From assembly GCA_963720755.1 (NCBI GenBank), contig CAVRGP010000015.1, forward strand, positions 384,001 through 448,000: 64,000 nt of DNA, in the 5' to 3' direction. This document shows, piece after piece, positions 49,570 to 60,404 of the stretch (position 1 is the first letter of the stretch; the number at the start of each line of letters is the position of its first letter). The position numbers were made by a program, and so were the translations under genes. The notes under the pieces were generated by a model. It saw nothing but the letters and a program-made list of their open reading frames with translations. It ran no database searches and was not told where the DNA came from. The DNA comes from an uncultured Chloroflexia bacterium (GTDB lineage Bacteria > Chloroflexota > Limnocylindria > Limnocylindrales > CSP1-4).

Positions 49570-50489
49570 TGACCGACGCACGATCGCCGGGGGTCCCGGT
49601 GATGGCCATCCCCCCGGCCGAGGGCCTCGTGGGGACCGACCCGGCCGTGCGGTTCGGCGACGGACGGCGGCCCGAGAGCCGGACCCAGGTCCAGGTCGGG
49701 GAATTCGATGGGCCGCTCGCATTGCTCCTGGCGCTCATCGAAGCGCGACAGCTCGACGTCCTGACCGTCCCACTCGGAGCCCTTGCGGATGCCTACCTCG
49801 ATGCCCTCAGCCGGCTCGAGGCGGACCGTCTCGGCAACGTGAGCGCCTTCGTCGCGGTGGCCAGCCAGCTCATCCTGATCAAGAGCCGGGCGATGCTGCC
49901 GCGCCAGACCGACCCGACCGATCCGACGGCTCTCCCCGACGAAGGTGTCGATCCCGAGGCGGAGCTTCGCGCTCGTCTCATCCTGTACCGCGCGTATCGC
50001 GACGGCGGCCTCCGCCTGGCGGATGAGGCCGTTCGTCGGATCGGCCTGTTCCGGCGCGAGCCCGGGGTCGCCCGGGCTGCCGCGATGGCGGGTGCCCGGC
50101 CCGCCGACCAGCCTGCCCTGGATCCCATCAGCCTGGTCATGGCCCTCGACCGACTCGTGGCGATCGCACCACTTCCCGAGATGCCGATCGAGGTCGTCGC
50201 CCGGGTCATCACGATCACCGAGCGTGCCGAGATCATCCGGGCCGCATTGCTCGATGCGCCCGTGGTCGTGCTCCAGGACCTCCTGCGCGGTGTGCGTGAT
50301 CGAGTCGTCATCGCGATCACCTTCCTCGCGATGCTGGAATTGATGAAGCGCCGCGAGATCGTCGTCGAGCAGACGGATCCGTGGGGGCCGATCGTCGCAC
50401 GGGCCACCACTCCGGCCGAGCGGGCCGTCGCTGGTGGCGCCCGGTTCGACCCGGACCCGATCGACGAATCGCTGGAGTCGTTCGCATGA
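49569..50489 (+). CDS. scpA: Segregation and condensation protein A
   Basis: FDGPLALLLALI, LILIKSRAMLP, TFLAMLEL. Confidence 0.92.
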   Translation: MTDARSPGVPVMAIPPAEGLVGTDPAVRFGDGRRPESRTQVQVGEFDGPLALLLALIEARQLDVLTVPLGALADAYLDALSRLEADRLGNVSAFVAVASQLILIKSRAMLPRQTDPTDPTALPDEGVDPEAELRARLILYRAYRDGGLRLADEAVRRIGLFRREPGVARAAAMAGARPADQPALDPISLVMALDRLVAIAPLPEMPIEVVARVITITERAEIIRAALLDAPVVVLQDLLRGVRDRVVIAITFLAMLELMKRREIVVEQTDPWGPIVARATTPAERAVAGGARFDPDPIDESLESFA

Positions 50490-51088
50490 CCGATCCGAGC
50501 GAGCCGACCCCGCCGATCGAGCTGACCGAGTCGGCCCTCGAAGCGCTCCTGTTCGTGGCCGAGAAGCCGCTGTCGCGTCGCGAGATCGGCAGCCTGGCCG
50601 GCGTCGACCGGGAGACGGTCGACGCGAGACTCGGCGACCTTGAAGTCTCGCTCTCGTCGCGAGGCGTCCGACTCCTGATCGACGGCGATCGGGTGGAGCT
50701 CGCGACCGCACCGGACGGGGGTGCCCTGGTCGCCAGGTATGTCGGCGCCGACGTGGTCCGACTGTCGCCCGCGTCGCTGGAAACGCTGGCCATCGTCGCC
50801 TACCGCCAGCCGGTCACGAAGTCAGCCGTCGAACGGATCCGGGGCGTCGACTCCGACTACACCATCCGGACCCTGCTCCACCGCCGGCTCATCGTGGAAC
50901 TGGGCCGGTCCGTCGCGGCCGGCCGGCCGTTCCTGTACGGCACGGGGTTCGACTTCCTCGAGCGATTCGGGTTGACCAGTCTCGATGAATTGCCGCCGCT
51001 CGATGGCGACGTGGCCGCCCGGCTCGCCGAAGAGGGCGGGGAGCCGCTGGTCCCGTCCGGCGACGGCTCCGGCGACGAGTCGGGCTGA
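50486..51088 (+). CDS. scpB: Segregation and condensation protein B
   Basis: LEALLF, LETLAIVAYRQPVT, IRGV, GRPFLYGT..FL..FGL; ATGA overlap. Confidence 0.93.
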   Translation: MTDPSEPTPPIELTESALEALLFVAEKPLSRREIGSLAGVDRETVDARLGDLEVSLSSRGVRLLIDGDRVELATAPDGGALVARYVGADVVRLSPASLETLAIVAYRQPVTKSAVERIRGVDSDYTIRTLLHRRLIVELGRSVAAGRPFLYGTGFDFLERFGLTSLDELPPLDGDVAARLAEEGGEPLVPSGDGSGDESG

Positions 51089-51921
51089 TGTCGGTCGAAC
51101 GACTCCAGAAGGTGCTAGCAGCGTCTGGCGTCGCATCGCGGAGGGCGAGCGAGGTTCTGATCGCGAACGGACGGGTCACGGTCGATGGCAAGCCCGCCCG
51201 ACTCGGGATGCAGGTCGATCCGGACAAGGCCATCATCGCCGTCGATGGGCGGGTGATCGGGTCCGCATCCGCGCCCGAATACCTGCTGCTGCACAAGCCG
51301 GGTGGCGTTACCTCGACCGTGCGTGACCGGCACGCGTCGAAGACCGTCCTCGACATGATCCCGACCGCGATGCTGCCCGAGGGCGGACGGCTCTATCCGG
51401 TCGGACGCCTGGACCAGGATTCGGAGGGTTTGCTCGTCCTCACCAACGACGGGGCGTGGGCGGATCGGGTCCTCCATCCCCGCCACGGGGTGGAACGCGA
51501 ATACGCGATCGGCCTGCGCAACCCGCTGACCCGCGAACAGGCCGACCGGCTCAAGGAGGGGATCCAGCTCGACGAAGGTCTGGCGACCGTCACCGGTCTG
51601 CGGCCGACGACCGAGATCGAGACGCGGCGTCTGGTCGACCTCATCGCACCGCCTCCGGGCGATCTCGTCTGGTACCGCGCGATCCTCGCGCAGGGATGGA
51701 AGCGGCAGATCCGCCGGATGTTCGGAGTCGTGGGCGCGCCGGTCGACCGCCTCGTCCGGGTTCGGATCGGGCCGGTCCGACTCGACGACCTGCACAGCGG
51801 ACGGGCGCGCCGGCTCAGAGCACCCGAGGTCCGTGGCCTCGGCGCGGGGGCTGGCACGAGCCGGGCGGGCGCCCGGACGCGGTCTGACACCCGACCGGGA
51901 GCCGAGCCACGGTCGCGATGA
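51088..51921 (+). CDS. rluB: Pseudouridine synthase RluB/RsuA family
   Basis: RLQKVLA..GVASRR, HKPGG, VGRLDQDSEGLL. Confidence 0.9.
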   Translation: MSVERLQKVLAASGVASRRASEVLIANGRVTVDGKPARLGMQVDPDKAIIAVDGRVIGSASAPEYLLLHKPGGVTSTVRDRHASKTVLDMIPTAMLPEGGRLYPVGRLDQDSEGLLVLTNDGAWADRVLHPRHGVEREYAIGLRNPLTREQADRLKEGIQLDEGLATVTGLRPTTEIETRRLVDLIAPPPGDLVWYRAILAQGWKRQIRRMFGVVGAPVDRLVRVRIGPVRLDDLHSGRARRLRAPEVRGLGAGAGTSRAGARTRSDTRPGAEPRSR

Positions 51922-53159
51922 ACACCGTGTTGTGGAACGCCCGGCTCATCGACGGCCGTGGTGGACCGCCCGTCGAACGTGCCTCGATCGCGATCTCGGA
52001 TGGCCGGATCACAGGCGTCGACTCGCCGGCCGGGGATCCGCCGACCGGCGCGCTCGACCTCGCTGGCCGAACGGTCTTGCCGGGCCTCATCGACGCCCAC
52101 GCCCATGTGACCAGCGACACGGAACGCAGTCCAGGATTCGGGCCGCCGCCCGAAAAGCATGGCGATGACCCGCGACCGCGTGAGCTCGGCTATTTCGTTC
52201 TCGCAAAGGCTGCGGCGGCCTTGTTGCGTGCCGGGATCACCACGGTCCGCGACGTGGGGAGCTACGACGGCGAGGCGATCGTCCTGCGGCGAGCGATCGA
52301 GCTGGGCCTCCTCGACGGCCCGCGGATCCTGTCGTGCGCCCGGATCATCAGCGCGACGTCGCCGGGTGCCCGCATCTTCGGGACGATGTATCGCGAGGCG
52401 GACGGGCCGTGGGAGATGCGGAAGGCGGTTCGCGAGCAGATCCGGGATGGCGCGGATTACATCAAGATCATGGCCACCGGCGCGCGGTCGGTCGATCGTG
52501 AGGACCCCGAGCCCGCACAGATGACCCGCGACGAGATCGCCGCGGTCGTCGACGAGGCGCACCGCATCGGCTTTCGCGTGGCCGCCCATGCCGAAGGGTT
52601 GGAGGGAGCCCGGATCGCCGTCGAGGAAGGGGTCGATACGATCGAGCATGGCCTTTCGCTTCACCGTGCGCCCGAGGTCCTCGACCGGATGGCGGCCGCG
52701 GGGACCGTCCTGGTCCCGACCCTGTCGACGTTCGACGATCTGGCCGAGCGGTTCGCCGACGCGTTCACGCCGCGCCTGGTCGAGCAGGCGAAGCGTCAGG
52801 CGGAGGAAGCACGCCTAACCCTGCTGGCGGCGCGGGCGGCCGGCGTCACCCTCGCGATGGGTTACGACAGCGGTCCGCCCGGGACCAACGCGAGCGAGCT
52901 GATCAAGCTTGCCGATGCCGGTCTCGGCGCCGGGGAGGCGATCCGGGCGGCGACCTGGGGCTCGGCGCAGGCGGCCGGTCTGGGCACGGATCGGGGAACG
53001 GTCGAGCCGGACCGGGTCGCAGACCTCGTCGTGATCGACGGCGACCCCCTGGAGCGGCCGGAGATCCTTCTGGAGACCGCCCGTATCTGGCTCGTGCTGC
53101 AAGCCGGCTGTCCGGTCGCTGGTGACGGCGCGCGATCGATGCCGCCGTCCTGGTCGTGA
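51918..53159 (+). CDS. Metal-dependent amidohydrolase (prolidase-like subgroup)
   Basis: PGLIDAHAH, GITTVRD, YIKIMATG, AAHA, IEHG, GYDSG, ADLVVIDGDP. Confidence 0.88.
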   Translation: MNTVLWNARLIDGRGGPPVERASIAISDGRITGVDSPAGDPPTGALDLAGRTVLPGLIDAHAHVTSDTERSPGFGPPPEKHGDDPRPRELGYFVLAKAAAALLRAGITTVRDVGSYDGEAIVLRRAIELGLLDGPRILSCARIISATSPGARIFGTMYREADGPWEMRKAVREQIRDGADYIKIMATGARSVDREDPEPAQMTRDEIAAVVDEAHRIGFRVAAHAEGLEGARIAVEEGVDTIEHGLSLHRAPEVLDRMAAAGTVLVPTLSTFDDLAERFADAFTPRLVEQAKRQAEEARLTLLAARAAGVTLAMGYDSGPPGTNASELIKLADAGLGAGEAIRAATWGSAQAAGLGTDRGTVEPDRVADLVVIDGDPLERPEILLETARIWLVLQAGCPVAGDGARSMPPSWS

Positions 53160-55138
53160 CCGAGTCGTCCAAACTCGCCGAGGGCGTCCTCCTGTGGCAG
53201 CCATCTGACGACGCCAGGGCCGCCTCGACGATGACGTCGTACCTCGGTTGGTTGGAGCGGGAGCGCGGCCTTCGGTTCGCCGACTATGGCGCGCTATGGC
53301 GCTGGTCGGTCGAGGATCTCGAGGGCTTCTGGGCGTCGGTCGTCGACTTCTACGAGATCCCGCTTCACGGATCGTGGTCACGCGTCCTGGGCCAGTCCAC
53401 CATGCCCGGCGCCACCTGGTTCGAGGGCGCGACGCTCAACTACGCCGACGTCGTCTTCCGACGCATCGCTCGCGACAAGACGGCCCTGTTGTCCCAGTCG
53501 GAGCGGCAGCCACTGACCGGGCTGACCGGCGACGAGCTCGAAACGGCCGTGGCCGCCGTGGCGGCCGGTCTTCGGCGGCTTGGCGTGAAGCGTGGCGACC
53601 GGGTCGTGGCGATGATCCCGAATATCCCGGAGGCGGTCATCGCCTTCCTGGCCTGTGCCAGCCTCGGCGCGATCTGGGCGAGCTGCTCGCCCGACATGGG
53701 GGCCCAGAGCCTGATCGATCGGTTCGTCCAGGTCGAACCCAGGGTCCTGATCGCGGTCGATGGCTACACCTACGGCGGCAAGCCGTTCGACCGACGGACG
53801 GTCATCGACGGCATCCGGAAGGCGTTGCCGACCCTGGAGCGGACGGTCGTGATCCCGTACCTCGACCCGGACGCGTCACCACGGCCCGGAGAGCTGCCCT
53901 GGGCTGAGCTGGTTGCCGGGCCGCAGACACCCCTCCAGTTCGAAGAGGTGCCCTTCGACCACCCGCTCTGGGTGCTCTACTCATCGGGGACGACCGGGTT
54001 GCCGAAGGCGATCGTCCACGGCCACGGTGGGGTCGTCCTCGAGCATTCCAAGGCGATCGGCCTGATGTTCGACGTCCGGCCGGGCGATCGGATGTCGTGG
54101 TTCACGACGACCGGCTGGATGATGTGGAATTTCCTGATCGGATCTCTGCTGGTCGGTGGGATCCCGGTGCTGTACGACGGCAGTCCGGGTCACCCGGACC
54201 TCGACGTCCTGTGGAAGCTGGCCGACGACGCGAAGGTCAGCCTGTTCGGGACGAGTGCGGCTTTCCTCGGCGCCTGCATGAAGGCTGGTCTGCGCCCGGG
54301 CGATTCACACGCGTTCGGCGCGCTCCGGTCGATCGGGTCCACTGGGTCGCCGTTGCCGGTGGCTGCGTTCGGGTGGGTGTACGACGCCGTGAAGCCCGAT
54401 GTCTGGCTCGCCTCGATGAGCGGCGGGACCGATGTCGTCAGCGCGTTCGTCGGTGGCTGCCCGCTGCTGCCGGTGCATGCCGGGGAGCTGCAGGCCCGAG
54501 CCCTCGGGGCGCGGATCGAGGCGTTCGATGCGGATGGCACCCCCGTGATCGGTCGGACCGGAGAGCTCGTCATCACCGCGCCACTGCCATCCATGCCGAT
54601 CGCGTTCTGGAACGACCCCGATGGCGTTCGCTACCGCGAGAGCTACTTCGAGATGTACCCGGGCGTGTGGCGCCACGGCGATTGGATCCGGATCACGGAG
54701 CGGGGAAGCGCCGTCATCGAGGGGCGATCCGACGCCACCCTGAACCGCCAGGGTGTCCGATTCGGGACGAGCGAGTTGTACGGCGTCGTCGAGCGACTCC
54801 CGGAGATCGCCGACAGCCTGGTCATCGGCGTCGAACGGCCCGACGGGAGGTACTGGATGCCCCTGTTCGTCGTCCTGGCCCATGGGGCGGTCCTGGACGA
54901 CGGCTTGACGGCCAGGTTGATCGCGGCCATCCGGTCGGATCTGTCACCGCGCCACGTGCCGGACGAGATCCATTCGGTCCCGGCGATCCCGCGGACGTTG
55001 AGCGGCAAGAAGATGGAAGTGCCGATCAAGCGGTTGCTGCTGGGTCAGCCGCTGTCGGCCGTGGCCGCCCCCGGTTCGACCGCCGATCCTGCGGCGCTGG
55101 CGTATTTCGAGCGGTTCGTCCCGCGGGCGTCGGCCTGA
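53156..55138 (+). CDS. Acetoacetate--CoA ligase
   Basis: LWRWSV, YSSGTTGLPKAIVHGHGG, TTTGWMMWN, SGGTD, GRSDATLNR, GKKMEVP. Confidence 0.92.
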   Translation: MTESSKLAEGVLLWQPSDDARAASTMTSYLGWLERERGLRFADYGALWRWSVEDLEGFWASVVDFYEIPLHGSWSRVLGQSTMPGATWFEGATLNYADVVFRRIARDKTALLSQSERQPLTGLTGDELETAVAAVAAGLRRLGVKRGDRVVAMIPNIPEAVIAFLACASLGAIWASCSPDMGAQSLIDRFVQVEPRVLIAVDGYTYGGKPFDRRTVIDGIRKALPTLERTVVIPYLDPDASPRPGELPWAELVAGPQTPLQFEEVPFDHPLWVLYSSGTTGLPKAIVHGHGGVVLEHSKAIGLMFDVRPGDRMSWFTTTGWMMWNFLIGSLLVGGIPVLYDGSPGHPDLDVLWKLADDAKVSLFGTSAAFLGACMKAGLRPGDSHAFGALRSIGSTGSPLPVAAFGWVYDAVKPDVWLASMSGGTDVVSAFVGGCPLLPVHAGELQARALGARIEAFDADGTPVIGRTGELVITAPLPSMPIAFWNDPDGVRYRESYFEMYPGVWRHGDWIRITERGSAVIEGRSDATLNRQGVRFGTSELYGVVERLPEIADSLVIGVERPDGRYWMPLFVVLAHGAVLDDGLTARLIAAIRSDLSPRHVPDEIHSVPAIPRTLSGKKMEVPIKRLLLGQPLSAVAAPGSTADPAALAYFERFVPRASA

Positions 55139-55155
55139 CGGGTATCCTGCCCGAG

Positions 55156-55869
55156 ATGGACGGCACCACGGGTTATCGACTGATCGTGGCCCTCGACGGG
55201 CCAGGCTCGTCCGGCAAGAGCAGTGTCGGAGCTGCAGCCGCACTCGACGTCGGCTACCGGTTCTGCGACACGGGCCTGCTCTACCGCGCGGTCACCTGGC
55301 TGGCCATCGCGCGTGGCCTGACCGCCTCGCACCCGCATGCGATGCGTGGCCTCGTCGATGAGGTTGACCTCGCACCAGATTCGCGCGGACGGCTGGCGCG
55401 GGTGTTCGTCGATGGGGTCGATCACACCGACGATGTCCGAAGCCCTGAGGTCGATGTCGCCGTTTCCGCCATCTCGGCGATCCCGGAGCTGCGAACCGCG
55501 CTCCTCGAACGGCAGCGGGCCCTCACGGCGGACGGCGGGATCATCATGGCCGGCCGGGATATCGGGACGGTCGTTCTGCCCGATGCAGACCTCAAGATCT
55601 TCCTCGACGCATCCGTTGAGGAACGGGCACGGCGACGGACCACGGAGCGTGATCTCGACCCGGAGGGTCCGGAAGCGATCGAGATCCTCGAGGCGCTACG
55701 CCGTCGCGACGCGCTTGATTCGACTCGTGCGGTCGCGCCGCTCCGGGCTGCCGACGACGCCCGGATCATCTCCACCGACGGCAACCGGTTCGAGGACACG
55801 GTCGACGCCGTGATCAACGCCATCCGCGATGTCGAGTCGCGACGCGCGGCCGCGCCGGGAGCCGACTGA
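55156..55869 (+). CDS. cmk: Cytidylate kinase
   Basis: ALDGPGSSGKSS, DTGLLYRA, GRDIGTVVLPDA, KIFLDAS; start ATG 55156. Confidence 0.93.
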   Translation: MDGTTGYRLIVALDGPGSSGKSSVGAAAALDVGYRFCDTGLLYRAVTWLAIARGLTASHPHAMRGLVDEVDLAPDSRGRLARVFVDGVDHTDDVRSPEVDVAVSAISAIPELRTALLERQRALTADGGIIMAGRDIGTVVLPDADLKIFLDASVEERARRRTTERDLDPEGPEAIEILEALRRRDALDSTRAVAPLRAADDARIISTDGNRFEDTVDAVINAIRDVESRRAAAPGAD

Positions 55870-55870
55870 C

Positions 55871-56572
55871 GTGCCCAACGACCCGATCGACAACTCCATC
55901 ACGCCGCTCATCACCTTCCTCACGACCAGCGGCCGGATCTTCGCCCGAGCCGTGAGCCGGATCACCGTAGAGGGCGCGATCGACCAGATCCCGCGTACAG
56001 GTCCCGTGATCCTGGCTTCGAACCATGCGTCGAACCTCGATGCCGTCGTCCTGGGTTCGTGGCTGATGCCCACCCTGGGCCGACGGATCCACTGGCTGGG
56101 CAAGAAGGAGCTGTTCGACTGGCCGTTGGTCGGGTGGGCGGCGGCCAATGGTGGCGTGCACCCGGTCGATCGAAGCGCGGCGGATGTCGAAGCCTTTCGG
56201 CTGGCCCAGCGCATCCTGGATGCAGGCAACATCCTGTTCGTCTTCCCGGAGGGCACCCGCAGCCCGGACGGGAAGCTGCAGCGGGCGCAGGATGGGGTCG
56301 CGGTCCTGGCCATCAGGACGGGTGCGCCGATCGTCCCGCTCGGGATCGCCGGCTCGAGCGGCGTCTGGCCGAAGGGCCAGAAGCTCCCACATCCAGGTGG
56401 CCACGTCACGGCCCGCGTCGGCCAGCCCTTCGTACCCGCCGACCTGCTACCGGCGGGGACGGATCGCCGGGCCGCCAAACCCCTCGTGACCGACCTCATC
56501 ATGCGGCGGATCGCCGAACTCCTGCCGCTCTCCCAACGCGGTCCATACGGGGATCTGCCGGAACCCGTGTGA
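55871..56572 (+). CDS. plsC: 1-acyl-sn-glycerol-3-phosphate acyltransferase
   Basis: NHASNLD, KKELF, FPEGTRS, PIVP. Confidence 0.9.
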   Translation: MPNDPIDNSITPLITFLTTSGRIFARAVSRITVEGAIDQIPRTGPVILASNHASNLDAVVLGSWLMPTLGRRIHWLGKKELFDWPLVGWAAANGGVHPVDRSAADVEAFRLAQRILDAGNILFVFPEGTRSPDGKLQRAQDGVAVLAIRTGAPIVPLGIAGSSGVWPKGQKLPHPGGHVTARVGQPFVPADLLPAGTDRRAAKPLVTDLIMRRIAELLPLSQRGPYGDLPEPV

Positions 56573-56582
56573 TAATCCATGC

Positions 56583-57569
56583 ATGGGTATGGTCGAAGAA
56601 GTCCGCATCGCGAAGCGCACCGGCTTCTGCTATGGCGTCCGCGAGGCGATCGACATGGCGAAGGAATCGTCCGCCGCCGGCAAGTCGACCCATACCCTCG
56701 GACAGGTCGTCCACAACGAGGGCGTCGTCCGCGATCTCCAGGATCTCGGGATCGAGACGGTCGAATCGCTCGACGATGTCGATCACGGTGCTGCCGTCGT
56801 GATTCGGGCGCATGGTGTTCGCCCGGATGTCATGGAGCGAGCGGAGCAACGCGGCCTGGAGGTCATCGATGGGACCTGCACCTGGGTGATCCAGGAGCAG
56901 CGCGAGCTTGTTCGCCTGGTCGAGGACGGCTACACCATCGTCCTCCTGGGAACGCCCAAGCATCCCGAGGTCGTCGGCCTGCTCGGGTTCGCGCCGGATG
57001 CGATCGTGGTCGACGAGGAGGAGGAGTGGGCGTCGGCGATCCCGCGCCGGAAGCGGATGGCCCTCATCTCGCAGTCGACCCAGCCGCCCTGGAAGTTCGA
57101 GCGGCTGGCTGCGTTCATGGTCTCGCGAGCCCACGAGCTCAAGATCGTCAACACGGTCTGTCCGGTGACGATCCGGCGTCAGCAGGACACCCTGGAAGCC
57201 GCCGGCGAGGTCGACCTGATGGTCGTCGTCGGTGGTCGGTCCAGCGCCAACACCAAGGAACTGACCCGGTTGTGCGAGATCGCCGGGACGGCCGCCGTCC
57301 AGATCGAGGGCGTGCGCGACCTTGAGGATGCCGGGCTGTTCGGCGATGCACGGGTCGTCGGGGTCACCGGCGGGACGTCCACGCCGATCGAGGACCTGCG
57401 CGACGTCACCGAGCGGATCCTCGTCCTGGCTGGGACCGCCGAAGCAAAGGCGAATGCCGCCGAACTGGCACGGGCGACGCTCGACCGTGCCGCCACGCCG
57501 GCCGGTCGCACGACCTCGCTGCCTTCGATCCGCGACGGCGACCACGTCCCGACGTCGGGCGTCGCCTGA
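56583..57569 (+). CDS. ispH: 4-hydroxy-3-methylbut-2-enyl diphosphate reductase
   Basis: GFCYGV, VHN, RAHG, GTC, HPEV, NTVC, SANT, GTSTP. Confidence 0.93.
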   Translation: MGMVEEVRIAKRTGFCYGVREAIDMAKESSAAGKSTHTLGQVVHNEGVVRDLQDLGIETVESLDDVDHGAAVVIRAHGVRPDVMERAEQRGLEVIDGTCTWVIQEQRELVRLVEDGYTIVLLGTPKHPEVVGLLGFAPDAIVVDEEEEWASAIPRRKRMALISQSTQPPWKFERLAAFMVSRAHELKIVNTVCPVTIRRQQDTLEAAGEVDLMVVVGGRSSANTKELTRLCEIAGTAAVQIEGVRDLEDAGLFGDARVVGVTGGTSTPIEDLRDVTERILVLAGTAEAKANAAELARATLDRAATPAGRTTSLPSIRDGDHVPTSGVA

Positions 57570-57571
57570 CG

Positions 57572-59218
57572 GTGGCGCAGGCATCCCGAGGCGGGATCCC
57601 CGTCGTCGCCATCGTCGGCCGACCCAACGTCGGCAAGAGCACGCTGTTCAACCAATTCATCGGGCAACGCTCGGCGATCGTCGAGGACCGGGCGCGCACG
57701 ACCCGTGATCGCCTGTACGGCGACGCAGAGTGGAACGGTCGCCGATTTGTCATCGTCGATACCGGCGGGCTCGAACTGGACCCCGACGACCCGATCGAAG
57801 CCCGCGTCCAGGAGCAGGCGCGGCTCGCGATCGCGGAAGCCGATGCGATCCTGTTCGTCGTTGACGCCATCGATGGGATCACCCCGGCGGACCTCGAGGC
57901 GGCCAGGATCCTGCGGCGTGCCACGGCCCCGGTGATCGTGGTAGTCAACAAGGCGGACAACGAGAAGCGCGAACTCGATGGCGCCGAGTTCCATCGGCTC
58001 GGCTGGGACGAGACGTACACGATCTCCGCGTCGCACGGGCGAGGGACCGGCGATCTCCTCGATGCGGTCGTGTGGGCACTTCCGCCCGAAAGCGAAGCGG
58101 AACTCGCCCGCAAGGCCCGTGAGGTCGAGGCGGACGCGTGGGCCGACGAGATCGCCGCCGGCCGTCTGGAGCCGTTCGTGGTCGGCGATCCGGAGGCGGG
58201 GGACTCCGCGGACAGCGACGGCGCGGAAGACGCGGATCTCGACGGTGTCGATGCCGAGGCGGCCCGGTGGGACGCGGCGATGGCCGCCGAGAGGGACGGC
58301 GAGCCCGCAGCGATCGCCTTCGTCGGGCGACCGAACGTCGGTAAGTCCAGCCTCCTCAACGCGCTCCTGGGCGAGGAGCGGGCGATCGTTTCGGAGGTGC
58401 CTGGAACGACCCGGGATGCGATCGATACCCGGCTGGAGTGGGGTCGGAGTGAGATCGTGCTCATCGATACGGCGGGCATCCGGCGCCGCGGCAAGGTCGC
58501 GGGCGGGGCGGCCGCCGAGCGCTATTCCACGCTGCGGGCGCTCCATGCGCTGTCCCGTGCCGACGTCGCCGTGCTCGTCATCGATGCAGTGGAGGGCCTG
58601 ACAAACCAGGATGCCCACGTCGCCGGTTACGTCGTCGAAGAGGGCCGGGGCCTGGTCATCGCGGTCAACAAATGGGACCTGGTCGAGGACAAGACCGATC
58701 GGACCTTCGACCAGTACGTCGAGTGGATCCGGTCGGAAGTGCCGTTCCTTGACTTCGCCCCGATCGTGTCGATCAGTGCCAAGACCGGTCAACGAGTCGG
58801 CCGTGTGCTCGAGGCGGCGATCGAGATCTGGGGCGAACGGCGTAAGCGGATCTCGACCGGAGAACTGAATCGCGTGCTCAGCGCGGCAACGGAACGGACG
58901 CCACCCCCGCCGGTCCGCGGGCACCGACCCAGATTGTTCTATGCGACCCAGGCGGCCGTGGCCCCGCCGACCTTTGTGTTCTTCGCGTCGGATGCCTCGG
59001 CGGTCCACTTCAGCTATCGCCGCTACCTCGAGAACCAACTCCGCGATCGGTTCGGGTTCGATGGGACGCCCGTCCGCCTCGTCTTCCGCGATCGCGTCTC
59101 GGTCAAGTTGCCGCGCAAGAAGAAGTCACGGAGCGCCCCGGTCAAGTCCGGGGGCGGGCGAAGCAAGGCATCGAGCCGCAAGGGCGCGTCTGCCACGCGA
59201 GGCCCGAAGGCGTCCTGA
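57572..59218 (+). CDS. der: Ribosome biogenesis GTPase Der/EngA
   Basis: Two GRPNVGKS G-domains, DTGG/DTAG, NKAD/NKWD, KH-like C-terminus. Confidence 0.95.
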   Translation: MAQASRGGIPVVAIVGRPNVGKSTLFNQFIGQRSAIVEDRARTTRDRLYGDAEWNGRRFVIVDTGGLELDPDDPIEARVQEQARLAIAEADAILFVVDAIDGITPADLEAARILRRATAPVIVVVNKADNEKRELDGAEFHRLGWDETYTISASHGRGTGDLLDAVVWALPPESEAELARKAREVEADAWADEIAAGRLEPFVVGDPEAGDSADSDGAEDADLDGVDAEAARWDAAMAAERDGEPAAIAFVGRPNVGKSSLLNALLGEERAIVSEVPGTTRDAIDTRLEWGRSEIVLIDTAGIRRRGKVAGGAAAERYSTLRALHALSRADVAVLVIDAVEGLTNQDAHVAGYVVEEGRGLVIAVNKWDLVEDKTDRTFDQYVEWIRSEVPFLDFAPIVSISAKTGQRVGRVLEAAIEIWGERRKRISTGELNRVLSAATERTPPPPVRGHRPRLFYATQAAVAPPTFVFFASDASAVHFSYRRYLENQLRDRFGFDGTPVRLVFRDRVSVKLPRKKKSRSAPVKSGGGRSKASSRKGASATRGPKAS

Positions 59219-60264
59219 TGGACGGCCCGCGGGTCGCGGTGGTCGGAGCCGGTGCGTGGGGCACCACGCTCGCCCGCGTCGTCGCCCGGTCCGAGCCGGT
59301 GACTCTCTGGTGCCACAGCCCGGACACCGCGGACCGGATCACCGCCACGCATCGCAACGAGGATCGGCTGCCGGGCGTGGATCTGCCTGCGAACGTGATC
59401 GCCACCGCTGATCCAGAGGCGCTTCGAGCTGCCACGGATCTTGTCATCTTCGCGGCGCCGTCCGCCCACCTTCGAACGACGATCGAGCCATTGGCCTGGG
59501 TCCTCGCGCCGGACGCCGACTTCCTGTCGGTGGTCAAGGGCCTGGAGCGGAGCACGCTTCGACGGATGAGCGAAGTCGTGTCCGAAGCGGCGGGCGTGCC
59601 CGCCGAGCGGGTGGCGGCCCTGTCCGGCCCGAACCTGGCGGCCGAAGTCGCGCGCAACCTGCCGGCCTCGGCCGTCGTCGCTGCGGACGACCTGCGGCTG
59701 GCCGAACGGGTGGCTACACGACTGGGCCGGCGACGCTTCCGGTTGTACGTCAACGAAGACATCCTCGGCGTGGAGCTGTGCGGTGCCCTCAAGAACGTCA
59801 TCGCGATCGCGGCCGGAGCGGCGGAGGCGCTCGGGTTCGGCGACAACGGGAAGGCCGGGCTGCTGACTCGCGGGCTGGCCGAGATGACCCGACTCGGGAT
59901 CGCGGCCGGCGCGAACCCGCTGACGTTCGCCGGCCTGGCCGGGATGGGCGACCTCATCGCGACTGCTGGATCGCCCCTGTCACGCAACCACCGTCTCGGG
60001 ATGGAGCTGGCCAAGGGCCGCACCTGGGCCGAGATCGAGGCGACGATGCCCGGCACGGCCGAAGGCGCCTACACCGTCCAGGCCGCGCTCGAGCTGGCCG
60101 CCCGCCTCGGCGTGGAGATGCCGATCGCTCGCGAGGTATACCGGGCGTTGTTCGAGGGCAAGAGCGCGCAGCGCTGTCTGGTCGACCTGCTGGCTCGAGA
60201 ATCGAAGGATGAGCTGGCCGACTACGGCCGCTGGGTCGCGAGGCTGGGGGAGCGGACGGACTGA
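59218..60264 (+). CDS. gpsA: NAD(P)H glycerol-3-phosphate dehydrogenase
   Basis: GAGAWGT, KGLE, SGPNLA, GALKNVIAI, GDLIAT, SRN. Confidence 0.95.
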   Translation: MDGPRVAVVGAGAWGTTLARVVARSEPVTLWCHSPDTADRITATHRNEDRLPGVDLPANVIATADPEALRAATDLVIFAAPSAHLRTTIEPLAWVLAPDADFLSVVKGLERSTLRRMSEVVSEAAGVPAERVAALSGPNLAAEVARNLPASAVVAADDLRLAERVATRLGRRRFRLYVNEDILGVELCGALKNVIAIAAGAAEALGFGDNGKAGLLTRGLAEMTRLGIAAGANPLTFAGLAGMGDLIATAGSPLSRNHRLGMELAKGRTWAEIEATMPGTAEGAYTVQAALELAARLGVEMPIAREVYRALFEGKSAQRCLVDLLARESKDELADYGRWVARLGERTD

Positions 60265-60315
60265 ATCAGTCCCGCGCCGGGCGACGGCCGACCCGGTGCT
60301 AGACTCACGGTTCGC

Positions 60316-60392
60316 CGGGGCGTGGCGCAGTCTGGTAGCGCACCAGTCTGGGGGACTGGTGGTCGTGGGTTCAAATCCCGCCGCCCCGACCA
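60316..60392 (+). tRNA. tRNA-Pro (GGG)
   Basis: Acceptor CGGGGCG/CGCCCCG, D arm GCGC/GCGC, anticodon stem CCAGT/ACTGG with GGG at 60350-60352, GTTCAAATC, encoded CCA; TAGACT at 60300. Confidence 0.96.
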
Positions 60393-60404
60393 AATACTGA
60401 GCGT

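Noticed and set aside
54097-55155. Apparent long N-terminal extensions on cmk (also xerD from 45959, femX from 11274, alaS from 29315, murJ from 9088)
   Set aside because: Alternate-frame run-through of upstream sequence; true starts are marked by -10 boxes, overlaps or domain boundaries
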